From an uncultured Thermus sp. (GTDB lineage: Bacteria > Deinococcota > Deinococci > Deinococcales > Thermaceae): a DNA stretch of 64,000 nt. A model generated the notes under the pieces. The model saw nothing but the letters and a program-made list of their open reading frames with translations. It did no database searches and was not told the origin of the DNA. The translations under genes and the position numbers were made by a program. Shown here one piece after another: positions 20,487 through 29,643 of the stretch; the stretch's first letter is position 1, and each line of letters opens with the position of its first letter. The stretch is from assembly GCA_947085095.1 (NCBI GenBank), contig CAMTVD010000014.1:64001-128000 (forward strand), given 5' to 3'.

Positions 20487-21458
20487 ATGCGCCTCACGGA
20501 GCGCCACCCCGAGATCAACCTGGAAAAACTTCTGGATAGCTTCATCCCTCCGCCCCGCTTCCTCGGGGCCACCTTCGCCACCTACCGCCCTGACCCCCGC
20601 TACCCCTCCCAGGCCCTGGCCAAGGAGCGCCTGCGAAGTTGGGTCAAGGACCGCCCCCGGGGCCTCCTCCGCCCCAGGATGCCGGGTCCCCAGGGGATTT
20701 ACCTGGACGGAGGGTTCGGGGTGGGGAAGACCCACCTCCTGGTGGCCGCCTACTGGGAGGCCCCCGGGCCCAAGGCCTTTCTCACCTTTGAGGAGCTCAC
20801 CTACACCCTGGGGCTCATGGGCTTGAGGGAGGGGGCCAAGCGCTTTTCCTCGCTTCGCTACCTCTTTCTGGACGAGTTTGAGCTGGACGATCCCGGGAAC
20901 GCCCAGATGGCCACCCACTTCCTGGCCCTCACCATGGAGAAGGGCCTCAGGGTGGCCACCACCTCCAACACCCCGCCCGGGGCCCTGGGGGAGGGGCGGT
21001 TCAACGCCGAGCAGTTTAGGCACCAGATCCAGAACCTCGCCCGCCGCTTCGCCGTGGAACGGATAGAGGGAGAGGACTTCCGCCACCGCGACCCAAAGCA
21101 CCTCCCCGACCCTCTGGTGGACCAGGAACTCCTAGAGCGCTTCCATCAGGATCCCCGCTCCAAGACCCTGGATGCCTTTCCTGAGCTCCTGGCCCATCTC
21201 CGCACCCTCCACCCCATCCGCTACCGCTACCTCTTCTCCGGGGTGGAGGTGGTCTATCTGCGGGGCATGGAGCCTATCCCCGACCAGAACGACGCCCTGC
21301 GCTTCGTGCATTTCGTGGACCAACTCTATAACCTTGGCCTGGAGTTACGGGTTTCGGGGGTGCCCTTGAGGGCCCTCTTTCCGGAGAGCTACCGCCACGG
21401 GGCCTTCGCCAAGAAGTACGGGCGGGCCCTTTCCCGCCTGGCGGAGCTTTTGGGGTAG
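20487..21458 (+). CDS. zapE: AFG1/ZapE family ATPase
   Basis: GGFGVGKT Walker A, LDEF Walker B, TSN and DFR motifs. Confidence 0.88.
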   Translation: MRLTERHPEINLEKLLDSFIPPPRFLGATFATYRPDPRYPSQALAKERLRSWVKDRPRGLLRPRMPGPQGIYLDGGFGVGKTHLLVAAYWEAPGPKAFLTFEELTYTLGLMGLREGAKRFSSLRYLFLDEFELDDPGNAQMATHFLALTMEKGLRVATTSNTPPGALGEGRFNAEQFRHQIQNLARRFAVERIEGEDFRHRDPKHLPDPLVDQELLERFHQDPRSKTLDAFPELLAHLRTLHPIRYRYLFSGVEVVYLRGMEPIPDQNDALRFVHFVDQLYNLGLELRVSGVPLRALFPESYRHGAFAKKYGRALSRLAELLG

Positions 21459-21467
21459 CATGGGGGC

Positions 21468-21719
21468 ATGGACCTGGCGGACAGGCTTTCCGAGCTGGCC
21501 CAGGCCCTCTCCCAGGCCAGCGCCGCGGTGGGGATCCTCGAGGCCATAGAGGAGGTTTTGGAGGAGTACGGGGAGGGGGAGCTTTCCCTGGAGGAGGCCA
21601 TGGAGGAAATCCAGGGTCTGGTGGAGGAGTTCCAGGCGGTCCGGGCTCTCTCCGAGATGTCCCCCGAGGAGATCATGGCCCTGGCGGAAGAGGAGGACGA
21701 AGGAGGGCTCCGCTCCTAG
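21468..21719 (+). CDS. Small acidic hypothetical protein
   Basis: Host-like codon use, TAGCAT 6 nt upstream, abuts deoB. Confidence 0.75.
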   Translation: MDLADRLSELAQALSQASAAVGILEAIEEVLEEYGEGELSLEEAMEEIQGLVEEFQAVRALSEMSPEEIMALAEEEDEGGLRS

Positions 21720-22865
21720 ATGAAGGTGGTGGCCCTGGTCCTGGACTCGGTGGGGCTTGGGTACCTGCCGGACGCCCCCCTCTTCGGGGACGAGGGGGCG
21801 GACACCCTGGACCACACCCTCCTCAAGACGGGTATCGCCCTGCCCCACCTGGCGGCCCTGGGTCTGGGCTGGGTTCCCGGTGTTCACACCCTGCCCCGTC
21901 CCAAGGAGCCCAAAGGGGCTTTCGGCCGCATGCGGGAGGTGAACCCAGGCAAGGACACCACCACCGGGCACTGGGAGTTCGTGGGCGTCTTTCTGGATAG
22001 ACCCTTCCGCACCTACCCCGAGGGCTTCCCCGAGGAGCTCCTTCGTGCCTGGGCCGAGCGCATCGGGGTAGGGGGGTGGCTCCTGAACCGCCCCTACTCC
22101 GGCACCGAGGCCATCCGGGACTACGGGGAGGCCCACCTGAAGACGGGCTACCCCATCGTCTACACCTCGGCGGACTCCGTCTTCCAGGTGGCCGCCCACG
22201 TGGACGTGCTCCCCTTGGAGGAGCTTTACCGCTTCTGCCAGGTGGCCCGGGAGATGCTAAAGGGCGAACACCAGGTGGCCCGGGTCATCGCCCGGCCCTT
22301 CGCCGGGGAGCCGGGGGCCTTTTACCGCCTGGAGCATCTGAGGAAGGACTTCGCCCTAGAACCACCCAGGAACGTCCTGGACCTGCTCAAGGAGGGGGGC
22401 CTCGAGGTGGTGGGGGTGGGGAAGATCCCAGATATTTACGCCGGGCGGGGCTTCACCCGGGAGGTGAAGACCAATGACAACAAGGACGGCCTGGAGAAGA
22501 CCCTGGCCCTCCTGGGAGAGGAGTTCTCCGGCCTCGTCTTCGCCAACCTGGTGGACTTTGACGCCAGGTACGGCCACCGCCGGGACCCGGAGGGGTACGG
22601 CCGGGCCCTTTTGGAGGTGGATGCCTTCCTTCCCCGGCTCCTTTCCGCCCTGGGCCCGGGGGACCACCTTTTCCTGGTTTCCGACCACGGCAACGACCCC
22701 ACCTTCTTCGGCACCGACCACACCCGGGAGTACGGCATGCTCCTCTGGGTGGGGCCGGGGGTGAAGGGGGATTTGGGCACCCGGGAGAGCTTCGCCGACC
22801 TGGGGGCCACCTGGGCCAGGCTCTTGGGGCTTTCCTGGGAGGGGCCCGGGAGGAGCTTGGTGTAG
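21720..22865 (+). CDS. deoB: Phosphopentomutase
   Basis: [28 protein letters not shown] and DHTRE motifs. Confidence 0.95.
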   Translation: MKVVALVLDSVGLGYLPDAPLFGDEGADTLDHTLLKTGIALPHLAALGLGWVPGVHTLPRPKEPKGAFGRMREVNPGKDTTTGHWEFVGVFLDRPFRTYPEGFPEELLRAWAERIGVGGWLLNRPYSGTEAIRDYGEAHLKTGYPIVYTSADSVFQVAAHVDVLPLEELYRFCQVAREMLKGEHQVARVIARPFAGEPGAFYRLEHLRKDFALEPPRNVLDLLKEGGLEVVGVGKIPDIYAGRGFTREVKTNDNKDGLEKTLALLGEEFSGLVFANLVDFDARYGHRRDPEGYGRALLEVDAFLPRLLSALGPGDHLFLVSDHGNDPTFFGTDHTREYGMLLWVGPGVKGDLGTRESFADLGATWARLLGLSWEGPGRSLV

Positions 22866-22868
22866 GCC

Positions 22869-23582
22869 ATGCCCGTTACCTGGCGCGACCTCTTAGACAT
22901 CTTCCTGGTAACCATTCTCTTCTACTACCTCTGGCGCCTCATCGTGGGCACCCGGGCCCTCAACCTGGTGCGGGGGGTCCTGGTCTACCTCCTGGTCTGG
23001 TTCCTCTCCACCCTCCTGGGGCTTTCCACCCTTTCCTGGCTTCTCGGCAACGCCGCCACGTTGGGGGCCTTCGCCCTGATCGTGGTCTTCCAGCCGGAGC
23101 TCAGGGGGCTCTTGGAGCGCTTAGGCCGGCCCCAGGGCCCCAGGGCCCCCTCCCTGGCCTTGGAGGAGCTCCTCCTCGGCCTCTCCCGCCTCTCGGAGAG
23201 GCGCTGTGGGGCCCTCCTCGCCCTGGAGCGGCGCACCCCCTTGGGGGAGTATGCGGCCACGGGGGAGGTGCTGGACGCCCGGCTCTCCGCCCGCCTTCTG
23301 GTGACCCTGTTCCACCCCGGGACCCCCCTGCACGACGGGGGGGCCATCCTGCGGGGAGGTCGGCTTTTCGCCGCAGGCTGCGTCTTCCCCCTCTCCGAGG
23401 GCCACGTGGGCATGGGCACCCGGCACCGGGCGGCCATCGGGCTTTCCGAGGTTTCCGATGCCCTGGTCCTGGTGGTGAGCGAGGAGACGGGGGCCATCCG
23501 GGTGGCGGAGGGAGGGCGGCTTTCCCCGCCCCTTCCCCTCGAGGCCCTGCGGGAACGGCTCAAGGAGGTGGTCCATGCGTGA
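22869..23582 (+). CDS. cdaA: Diadenylate cyclase CdaA (DacA)
   Basis: Three TM segments, FQPELR, PLHDGG, GTRHRAA and VSEETG. Confidence 0.92.
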   Translation: MPVTWRDLLDIFLVTILFYYLWRLIVGTRALNLVRGVLVYLLVWFLSTLLGLSTLSWLLGNAATLGAFALIVVFQPELRGLLERLGRPQGPRAPSLALEELLLGLSRLSERRCGALLALERRTPLGEYAATGEVLDARLSARLLVTLFHPGTPLHDGGAILRGGRLFAAGCVFPLSEGHVGMGTRHRAAIGLSEVSDALVLVVSEETGAIRVAEGGRLSPPLPLEALRERLKEVVHA

Positions 23583-24387
23583 CTGGCCTGCCCTCCTCCT
23601 CTCCCTGCTGGCCGCCCTCGCCGTCTGGTACTCCCTAAGGGAACGGGCTCCCGTGGTGGAGCGGGCTTTGAGCGTCCCCCTGCAGGTGGTGGGCCTGGAG
23701 AAGGACCGGGTGGCGGAAGGGGTGCCCAAGGAGGTCTTCCTGCGCCTTAGGGGCCCCGCCCACCTGGTGGAGGGGACCCCTCCGGTTTCCGCCTACCTGG
23801 ACCTCTCCGGGGCCGAGGGGGCCTTTGGCCGGGAGGTCCGGGTGGCCGCCCCCCAGGGGGTGGAGGTCCTGGAGGTGCGCCCCGCCAAGGTGGAGGGGCG
23901 GGTGGAGGCCCTCCTCACCCGCACCCTGCCGGTGGAGGTCCTGGCCCAGGGGGCCTGGGTGCGCACCGAGCCCGCCTTTGTGGAGGCCAGGGGCCCCAGG
24001 AGCCAGGTGGAGCTGGCGGTGGTGGCCCTGGGCCTGGACCTGGGGGAGGAGGTGGCCCTCACCGCCTTCGGGCTGGAAGGCCCCCTTCCTGGGGTGGGGC
24101 TCTCTCCCGCTCGGGTGCGGGTGGTGGCCCGGGAGGAGGTCCTTTTCCGCAAGGAGGTGCCCCTGGTCCTGAGGCCCCCGGGGGGGCTAAGGGTGGTGGA
24201 CTACGCTCCGAAGAGCGTGGAGGTGGTGGGGCCCAGGGGGCTCCTCGAGGGCCTGGAGGAGGTGGAGGCCAGCCCCCAAGGGGGGTTCCGCCCGGGGGAG
24301 GTGGTGGGCCCCTTCCTCCTCACCCTTCCCCCCGGGGTGCGGCCCTTGGGCCAGGTTTTGGGAAGGGCGCGGTTTGCGCTAGAATAA
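23575..24387 (+). CDS. cdaR: CdaR/YbbR-like protein
   Basis: N-terminal TM segment and repeated V.V.GP motifs; overlaps the cdaA stop. Confidence 0.8.
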   Translation: MRDWPALLLSLLAALAVWYSLRERAPVVERALSVPLQVVGLEKDRVAEGVPKEVFLRLRGPAHLVEGTPPVSAYLDLSGAEGAFGREVRVAAPQGVEVLEVRPAKVEGRVEALLTRTLPVEVLAQGAWVRTEPAFVEARGPRSQVELAVVALGLDLGEEVALTAFGLEGPLPGVGLSPARVRVVAREEVLFRKEVPLVLRPPGGLRVVDYAPKSVEVVGPRGLLEGLEEVEASPQGGFRPGEVVGPFLLTLPPGVRPLGQVLGRARFALE

Positions 24388-24392
24388 GCGGG

Positions 24393-24965
24393 ATGATCTA
24401 CCCCATCCGCCTCTACGGGGACCCGGTCCTTAGAAAAAAGGCCCGCCCCGTTCAGGACTTCTCCGGCCTAAAAAAGCTCGCCGAGGAGATGCTGGAAACC
24501 ATGTTTGAGGCCCGGGGGGTGGGGCTGGCCGCCCCGCAGATCGGCCTTTCCCAGAGATTTTTCGTGGCGGTGGAGTACGCCGACGAGCCCGACGAGGAAG
24601 AAAGGCCCCTCCGCGACCTGGTGCGCCGGGTCTACGTGGTGGCCAACCCCGTCATCACCCACCGGGAGGGCCTGGTGGAGGGGTTAGAGGGGTGCCTTTC
24701 CCTTCCCGGCCTCTACTCCGAGGAGGTGCCCCGCGCCGAGCGCATCCGGGTCCGCTTCCAGGACGAGGAGGGGCGCATGAGGACCCTGGAGCTGGAGGGG
24801 TATATGGCCCGGGTCTTCCAGCACGAGATAGACCACCTGGACGGCATCCTCTTCTTTGAGCGCCTGCCTGGGCCCAAGCGGGAGGCCTTCCTGGAAGAGC
24901 ACCGGGCCGAGCTCGCCCGCTTCCAAAAGGAGGCCCGGGCCCTCTTGAAGGAGCTTTCCCCATGA
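24393..24965 (+). CDS. def: Peptide deformylase
   Basis: GVGLAAPQIG, EGCLS and QHEIDHLDG motifs. Confidence 0.97.
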   Translation: MIYPIRLYGDPVLRKKARPVQDFSGLKKLAEEMLETMFEARGVGLAAPQIGLSQRFFVAVEYADEPDEEERPLRDLVRRVYVVANPVITHREGLVEGLEGCLSLPGLYSEEVPRAERIRVRFQDEEGRMRTLELEGYMARVFQHEIDHLDGILFFERLPGPKREAFLEEHRAELARFQKEARALLKELSP

Positions 24966-25876
24966 GGGTGGCCTTCTTCGGCACCCCCTCCTGGGCGGTG
25001 CCGGTTCTGGATGCCCTCCACCGCCACCACCAGGTGGTCCTGGTGGTCACCCAGCCCGACAAGCCCAAAGGCAGGGGCCTGAAGCCCGCCCCAAGCCCCG
25101 TGGCCCAGTACGCCCTGGAGCGCGGCCTGCCCCTCCTCAGGCCTCCCCGCCTCAAGGGGAACGAGGGGTTCCTGGAGGCCTTCCGGGCCGCAAATCCAGA
25201 GGTGGCCGTCACCGCCGCCTACGGCAAGATCCTGCCCAAGGAGGTGCTGGAGGTTCCTCCATTTGGCTTCCTCAACCTCCACCCCTCCCTTCTCCCCCAG
25301 TACCGGGGCCCGGCCCCCGTGCCCTGGGCCCTGATCCGGGGGGAGAGGGAAACCGGGGTGGCCATCATGAAGACCGAGGAGGGGCTGGACACCGGCCCCC
25401 TCTACGCCCTCTGGCGCACGGAGATCCTGCCGGAGGAGGACGCGGTGGCCCTCGCCGAGCGCCTAAGGGATAAGGGCATAGAGCTCCTCCTCCAGGTTCT
25501 AGAGGACCTTCCCCACCTCACGCCCACGCCCCAGGAGGGCGAGGCCAGCTACGCCCCCCTCCTCACCAAGGAGGAGGGGAGGGTCCGCTTCGGCGAAAGC
25601 GCCGAGGCCATCTATAACCGCCACCGAGGGGTTCAGCCCTGGCCGGGGAGCTACTTCTTCCACCAGGGTAGGCGGGTGAAGGTGCTCAGGATGCGCCCGG
25701 AGCCGGGGGAGGGGGAGCCCGGGGTGGTCCAGGCGGTGGAGCCGGAGGGGGTCCTGGTGGGGACGGGGAAGGGGCTTATCCGCCTCCTCGAGGTCCAGCC
25801 GGAGGGCAAGCGCCCCATGCCCGCCCCGGACTGGGCCCGGGGGTATGGGGTGGGGCCGGGAACCCGCTTGGAGTAG
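24962..25876 (+). CDS. fmt: Methionyl-tRNA formyltransferase
   Basis: FFGTP, VTQPD, NLHPSLLP.YRGPAP and LDTG motifs. Confidence 0.97.
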   Translation: MRVAFFGTPSWAVPVLDALHRHHQVVLVVTQPDKPKGRGLKPAPSPVAQYALERGLPLLRPPRLKGNEGFLEAFRAANPEVAVTAAYGKILPKEVLEVPPFGFLNLHPSLLPQYRGPAPVPWALIRGERETGVAIMKTEEGLDTGPLYALWRTEILPEEDAVALAERLRDKGIELLLQVLEDLPHLTPTPQEGEASYAPLLTKEEGRVRFGESAEAIYNRHRGVQPWPGSYFFHQGRRVKVLRMRPEPGEGEPGVVQAVEPEGVLVGTGKGLIRLLEVQPEGKRPMPAPDWARGYGVGPGTRLE

Positions 25877-25935
25877 CCCCCGCGGCGCAGTCAAGGCAAA
25901 GGGAAGCCGCGGGAAGGTAGTTGCCGGGGTCCCCA

Positions 25936-27633
25936 TTAGAACTCCTCGTCCCACTCCACGATGGTCTCGCTGGTGAGGGTGGTGGCGGGCTTGCTCTCTA
26001 TCCCGCTGGCCGTCACCTCCGCCCCCCGCTCCTTCAGGAGGCCGAACTGGGCGGCGATGCCCCTGAGGCCCGCCCCCGCCAGGGCCACCACCAGGAAGAC
26101 GGTGAGGCCCCAGGCGAGGTAAGGGAAGAGACCCTGGCCGATGGAGAGGTTGGCCAGGGCGGCCATCCAGGGAAGGCCCCCGTGCTCGGCCATGACCGAG
26201 CCGAAGTAGGAAAGCCCCTCCGCCAGGATGGGCAGAAAGAGGAAAAGGAAGGCCAGGCCCAGGAGGTTCCAGTAGATGTTGCGCCCGCCGAAGGTGAGGC
26301 GAATCAGGTAGAGGGGGAAGAAGGCCAGGGCGGCGGCCAGGAGGAAGAAGACCGCCCGGGGAATGCCCAATAGCAGCAAGCCCAACTGCACTTGGAGGGC
26401 GTGCCAAGGACCCAGGGTAGATCCAAACAAGCGTTCCTCTATCTCCTGAATTTCACCCAAGAGTAGGGCGAAGTCTACGGTGCGTAGCCCGGCGGCGTTC
26501 TGCATTTTTAGAAAAAAGTTATCTGTGCGCTGGGCTAGATCCGGGGCGTAGGCCCCCACCACGGGATATACGGCAAGGCGAAAGCGAGAGTGGGCATAAA
26601 CCAGGTGATCCCTGGCCAGGGCATGCTGGCCACTAGCTGTGTAGAGCTGGGCTCGGGCTAGGCTACCACGCACCTCATCCAAGAGAGCTAGCCAATCTAA
26701 TAAGCTGGGGTAGGCTAGGCGGTGCAGAGCCTCTCCTACCTGCAAGGAAACCTCTGGGCTAAAGGGAAGGAAGCTGATTTCTTCTAGAAGATTTTCGGGA
26801 AGCGCAGGCTTGCTGGGAGGAGGAGCAGCCGGAGAAGTTTTTGGGGATGGGGTTGGGGTAGATGGAGCAGCTGTTGGGGACAGGGGCGGAGTGGGATGGG
26901 GAGGTGTAGAGGCGGTGCTCCCAGGAGAGGGAAGGGGGGCTTGGGATAAGAGGGCTTGCCGCCAGGCGGCCACCTTTTTCTGGAGTTCCTGCACCTCGGG
27001 GCGGAAGGCTTCCCCGCCGGAGACTTTGGTCAAGGCTTGGATGAAGTCTTGGGCCCTCAGGGTGTTTTGGGGGCTGTCCTGGATGACCAGGAAGCGGGCG
27101 TAGGCCCTGGCCAGGGCCAGGTAGGCCTGGGGGCGGGAGGTGGCGGTGAGGGCTTGAGCGAGGTCCTCGGCCATGAGCTGGAGGTAGCGCCCCTCGAGGC
27201 GCCCCCTGGCCGCTTCCGGAGGGAGACCCGCGGCCTCCTGCACCACCCCCTGGCCCAGACCCGTGGCCCGGGCCAAGCGGGTAAGGTAGGCGGTCTTTTC
27301 CCCTTGAGGGGCGGTGAAAAAGCCGTCGTAAAGGGCTTTGCCCAGGAGGTGGCGCACCAGGAGGAGGCGGGCCTCGAGGTCCCAGGGGCTCTTCCCCAGC
27401 ACCGCCTGGCGCGCCTCCTGGAGGTTGGCCAGGGCCGCATCCCGGAGAACGGGGGGCAGGCCTTCCGCCTCTTGACGCAAGAGGCTCTGGGCCTGGTCCA
27501 AGGCGGCCAGGGCCTGGCTGGGGTTATCCCCCCGCACCTGGGCTAGGACTCGCTCCAGGCGGTCGTAGGTTTGAGGAAGGGGGGCGGCCAAGGCCAAGCC
27601 GGTAAGCGCCATCAGGAAAAGCCACCTTTTCAT
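25936..27633 (-). CDS. Exported/membrane hypothetical protein (signal peptide, helical domains, Pro/Ser/Thr linker, C-terminal TM segments)
   Basis: MKRWLFLMALTGLALA signal peptide; about three C-terminal hydrophobic segments. Confidence 0.75.
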   Translation of the reverse strand: MKRWLFLMALTGLALAAPLPQTYDRLERVLAQVRGDNPSQALAALDQAQSLLRQEAEGLPPVLRDAALANLQEARQAVLGKSPWDLEARLLLVRHLLGKALYDGFFTAPQGEKTAYLTRLARATGLGQGVVQEAAGLPPEAARGRLEGRYLQLMAEDLAQALTATSRPQAYLALARAYARFLVIQDSPQNTLRAQDFIQALTKVSGGEAFRPEVQELQKKVAAWRQALLSQAPLPSPGSTASTPPHPTPPLSPTAAPSTPTPSPKTSPAAPPPSKPALPENLLEEISFLPFSPEVSLQVGEALHRLAYPSLLDWLALLDEVRGSLARAQLYTASGQHALARDHLVYAHSRFRLAVYPVVGAYAPDLAQRTDNFFLKMQNAAGLRTVDFALLLGEIQEIEERLFGSTLGPWHALQVQLGLLLLGIPRAVFFLLAAALAFFPLYLIRLTFGGRNIYWNLLGLAFLFLFLPILAEGLSYFGSVMAEHGGLPWMAALANLSIGQGLFPYLAWGLTVFLVVALAGAGLRGIAAQFGLLKERGAEVTASGIESKPATTLTSETIVEWDEEF

Positions 27634-28223
27634 CCCTCTACCTCCACTATGCTGACTAAACGCCTCAGCCCGTGCAAGAGGCGGCCCACGTTGGTTTCCT
27701 TGCGGGCCAGGATCCCCACGTACCCCTGGCCTAGAGCGCGAAGGGCCACCAGGTTGTCCCCTAGCACCGCATAAAAGGTGCGGTAGCCCTGCCGTTTTAG
27801 GAGAAGGTGGCCGGGTTCCAAGAAAACCGGTTCTCCGGAGAAGAGCTCCTCTTTTCCGCTCTCCCCGGCCACCACCACCCCCGCCACGCCCTCGAGGCGG
27901 GCCAGGCGCTGGGCCAGCTGGGCCCGGGCCGTGGGGTCCTCTAGGTCCACGGCCTCGAGGCGGCCCTCTTCCTCTTCTTCGCCTTCCTCTTCGGGCTCCA
28001 AAGCTGCCAGGTCCCTAAGTTCCCGCAACCAGGCCTTGAGCTCTGGGGGCATCTCCTTGAAGGGGAGGAGCCGCTTGAGCTCCGGCCAGAGGGTCCCTTC
28101 CACCAGCCTGGCCCAGTCCTCGGGCCGGGAAGGCACCCCCTGGGCCGTGGCCCGGCGCACCAGGCTTTCTGCGGCCCGGGGGGAAACATACCGGCTTAGG
28201 ATCTGCAAAAGGCTTTCCTCCAT
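27630..28223 (-). CDS. Hypothetical protein, possible Roadblock/LC7-like C-terminal domain
   Basis: Start MEESLLQ at 28223 (the upstream extension overlaps tRNAs). LARLEGVAGVVVAGESG resembles roadblock proteins. 4-bp overlap with the next gene. Confidence 0.65.
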   Translation of the reverse strand: MEESLLQILSRYVSPRAAESLVRRATAQGVPSRPEDWARLVEGTLWPELKRLLPFKEMPPELKAWLRELRDLAALEPEEEGEEEEEGRLEAVDLEDPTARAQLAQRLARLEGVAGVVVAGESGKEELFSGEPVFLEPGHLLLKRQGYRTFYAVLGDNLVALRALGQGYVGILARKETNVGRLLHGLRRLVSIVEVEG

Positions 28224-28239
28224 AAAGGACCCAAGGGGC

Positions 28240-28268
28240 TTGCCAATCTGCCCCTCAGAGTGTACCAT
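28240..28268 (+). promoter_or_regulatory. Promoter of the tRNA operon
   Basis: TTGCCA-17 nt-TACCAT. Confidence 0.7.
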
Positions 28269-28300
28269 AACCTCTGCCCGAGGGATCGGGCATGCCTCGC

Positions 28301-28374
28301 TGGGGTGTCGTCTAACGGCAGGACAGCGGACTCTGGATCCGCCGGTCGTGGTTCGAGTCCACGCACCCCAGCCA
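28301..28374 (+). tRNA. tRNA-Gln (CTG)
   Basis: Cloverleaf; anticodon arm GCGGA-CTCTGGA-TCCGC; GTTCGAG T-loop; encoded CCA. Confidence 0.97.
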
Positions 28375-28380
28375 AAGTTT

Positions 28381-28455
28381 GGCCCCATCGACTAGCGGTT
28401 AGGTCACCGCCCTTTCAAGGCGGCGGCGGGGGTTCGAATCCCCCTGGGGTCACCA
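28381..28455 (+). tRNA. tRNA-Glu (TTC)
   Basis: Anticodon arm CCGCC-CTTTCAA-GGCGG; GTTCGAATC; encoded CCA. Confidence 0.97.
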
Positions 28456-28474
28456 AAGCGCCGAGCCGCACCGC

Positions 28475-28550
28475 GGCCCCATCGTCTAGAGGCCTAGGAC
28501 ACGGCCCTCTCAAGGCCGAGACGGGGGTTCGAATCCCCCTGGGGTCACCA
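28475..28550 (+). tRNA. tRNA-Glu (CTC)
   Basis: Anticodon arm CGGCC-CTCTCAA-GGCCG; GTTCGAATC; encoded CCA. Confidence 0.97.
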
Positions 28551-28570
28551 AAGCGGCTCGGCCGCTTTTT
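28551..28570 (+). terminator. Intrinsic terminator after the tRNA operon
   Basis: AAGCGGC-TCG-GCCGCTT followed by a T run. Confidence 0.7.
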
Positions 28571-28665
28571 CCCTTGACGTAGCCCATCCCTTCCGGCAAA
28601 CTGGGTGCGGCATATACCCCCACCCCGTATAGGTGGGGTGTAAAGTGGCTTCAAGGGAGGATGTC

Positions 28666-29643
28666 ATGGAGTTCACCTTGACGGGACTGGGCACCAGCGG
28701 AAGCCAGGAAGAGGCCTACGATGTGGTCATCATCGGTGGGGGGCCCGCGGGCCTCACCGCGGGGATCTACGCGGGCCGGGGCGGCCTGAAGACGGTGATC
28801 GTGGAAAAAGGCCTCCCCGGGGGGCAGATCGCCCAGACGGAGGAGGTGGAGAACTACCCGGGCTTCCCCGAGGGCATCTCTGGGGCGGAGCTGGCGGGCC
28901 GCATGGTCCAGCAGGCGGAGAAGTTCGGGGCCCGCCTCGTCATGGACGAGGTCCTGGGGATAGAGAGGACGGAGGAGGGCTTCCTGGTGCGGGGGTTTGA
29001 GCGGAGCTACCCCGCACGGGCCGTCATCATCGCCACCGGGGCCAACCCCAAGAAGCTGGGGGTTCCCGGCGAGGAGAAGTTTTACGGCCGGGGGGTTTCC
29101 ACCTGCGCCACCTGCGACGCCTTCTTCTACCGGGACAAGGAGGTGGTGGTGGTGGGCGGGGGGGACGCCGCCGTGGAGGAGGGGCTTTTCCTCACCAAGT
29201 TCGCCCGCAAGGTGACCCTGGTCCACCGCCGGGACGAGCTTCGCGCCAACAAGGTGGCCCAGGCCCGGGCCTTCCAGAACCCCAAGATGCACTTCCTCTT
29301 CTCCCATGTGGTCACGGAGATCCTGGGGGAGGAGGGGGTGACGGGGGTGCGGCTCAAGAACCTGAAGACTGGGGAGGAGTACGTCTACCCCACGGACGGG
29401 GTTTTTGTCTTCATCGGCCACGAGCCCAACACCGGCTTCCTCCGGGGGGTGGTGGAGCTGAGGCCGGACGGCTACGTCGCCGTTCGCGACGAGGTCTTCA
29501 CCTCGGTCCCTGGCATCTTCGCCGCCGGGGACGTGGCCGACCCCATCTACCGCCAGCTCACCACCAGCGTGGGGGCCGGGACCCGGGCGGCCATGATGGC
29601 GGAGAAGTACCTGGCGGAGAAGGGGGAAGCGGTCAGGGGTTGA
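28666..29643 (+). CDS. trxB: Thioredoxin reductase
   Basis: [28 protein letters not shown] and FAAGD motifs; GGGAGG RBS. Confidence 0.96.
   Translation: MEFTLTGLGTSGSQEEAYDVVIIGGGPAGLTAGIYAGRGGLKTVIVEKGLPGGQIAQTEEVENYPGFPEGISGAELAGRMVQQAEKFGARLVMDEVLGIERTEEGFLVRGFERSYPARAVIIATGANPKKLGVPGEEKFYGRGVSTCATCDAFFYRDKEVVVVGGGDAAVEEGLFLTKFARKVTLVHRRDELRANKVAQARAFQNPKMHFLFSHVVTEILGEEGVTGVRLKNLKTGEEYVYPTDGVFVFIGHEPNTGFLRGVVELRPDGYVAVRDEVFTSVPGIFAAGDVADPIYRQLTTSVGAGTRAAMMAEKYLAEKGEAVRG

Noticed and set aside
28301..28570. Repeated GGGGGTTCGAATCCCCCTGGGGTCACCAAAGCG as a possible att site
   Set aside because: Explained by two complete tRNA-Glu isoacceptors; there is no integrase or cargo.
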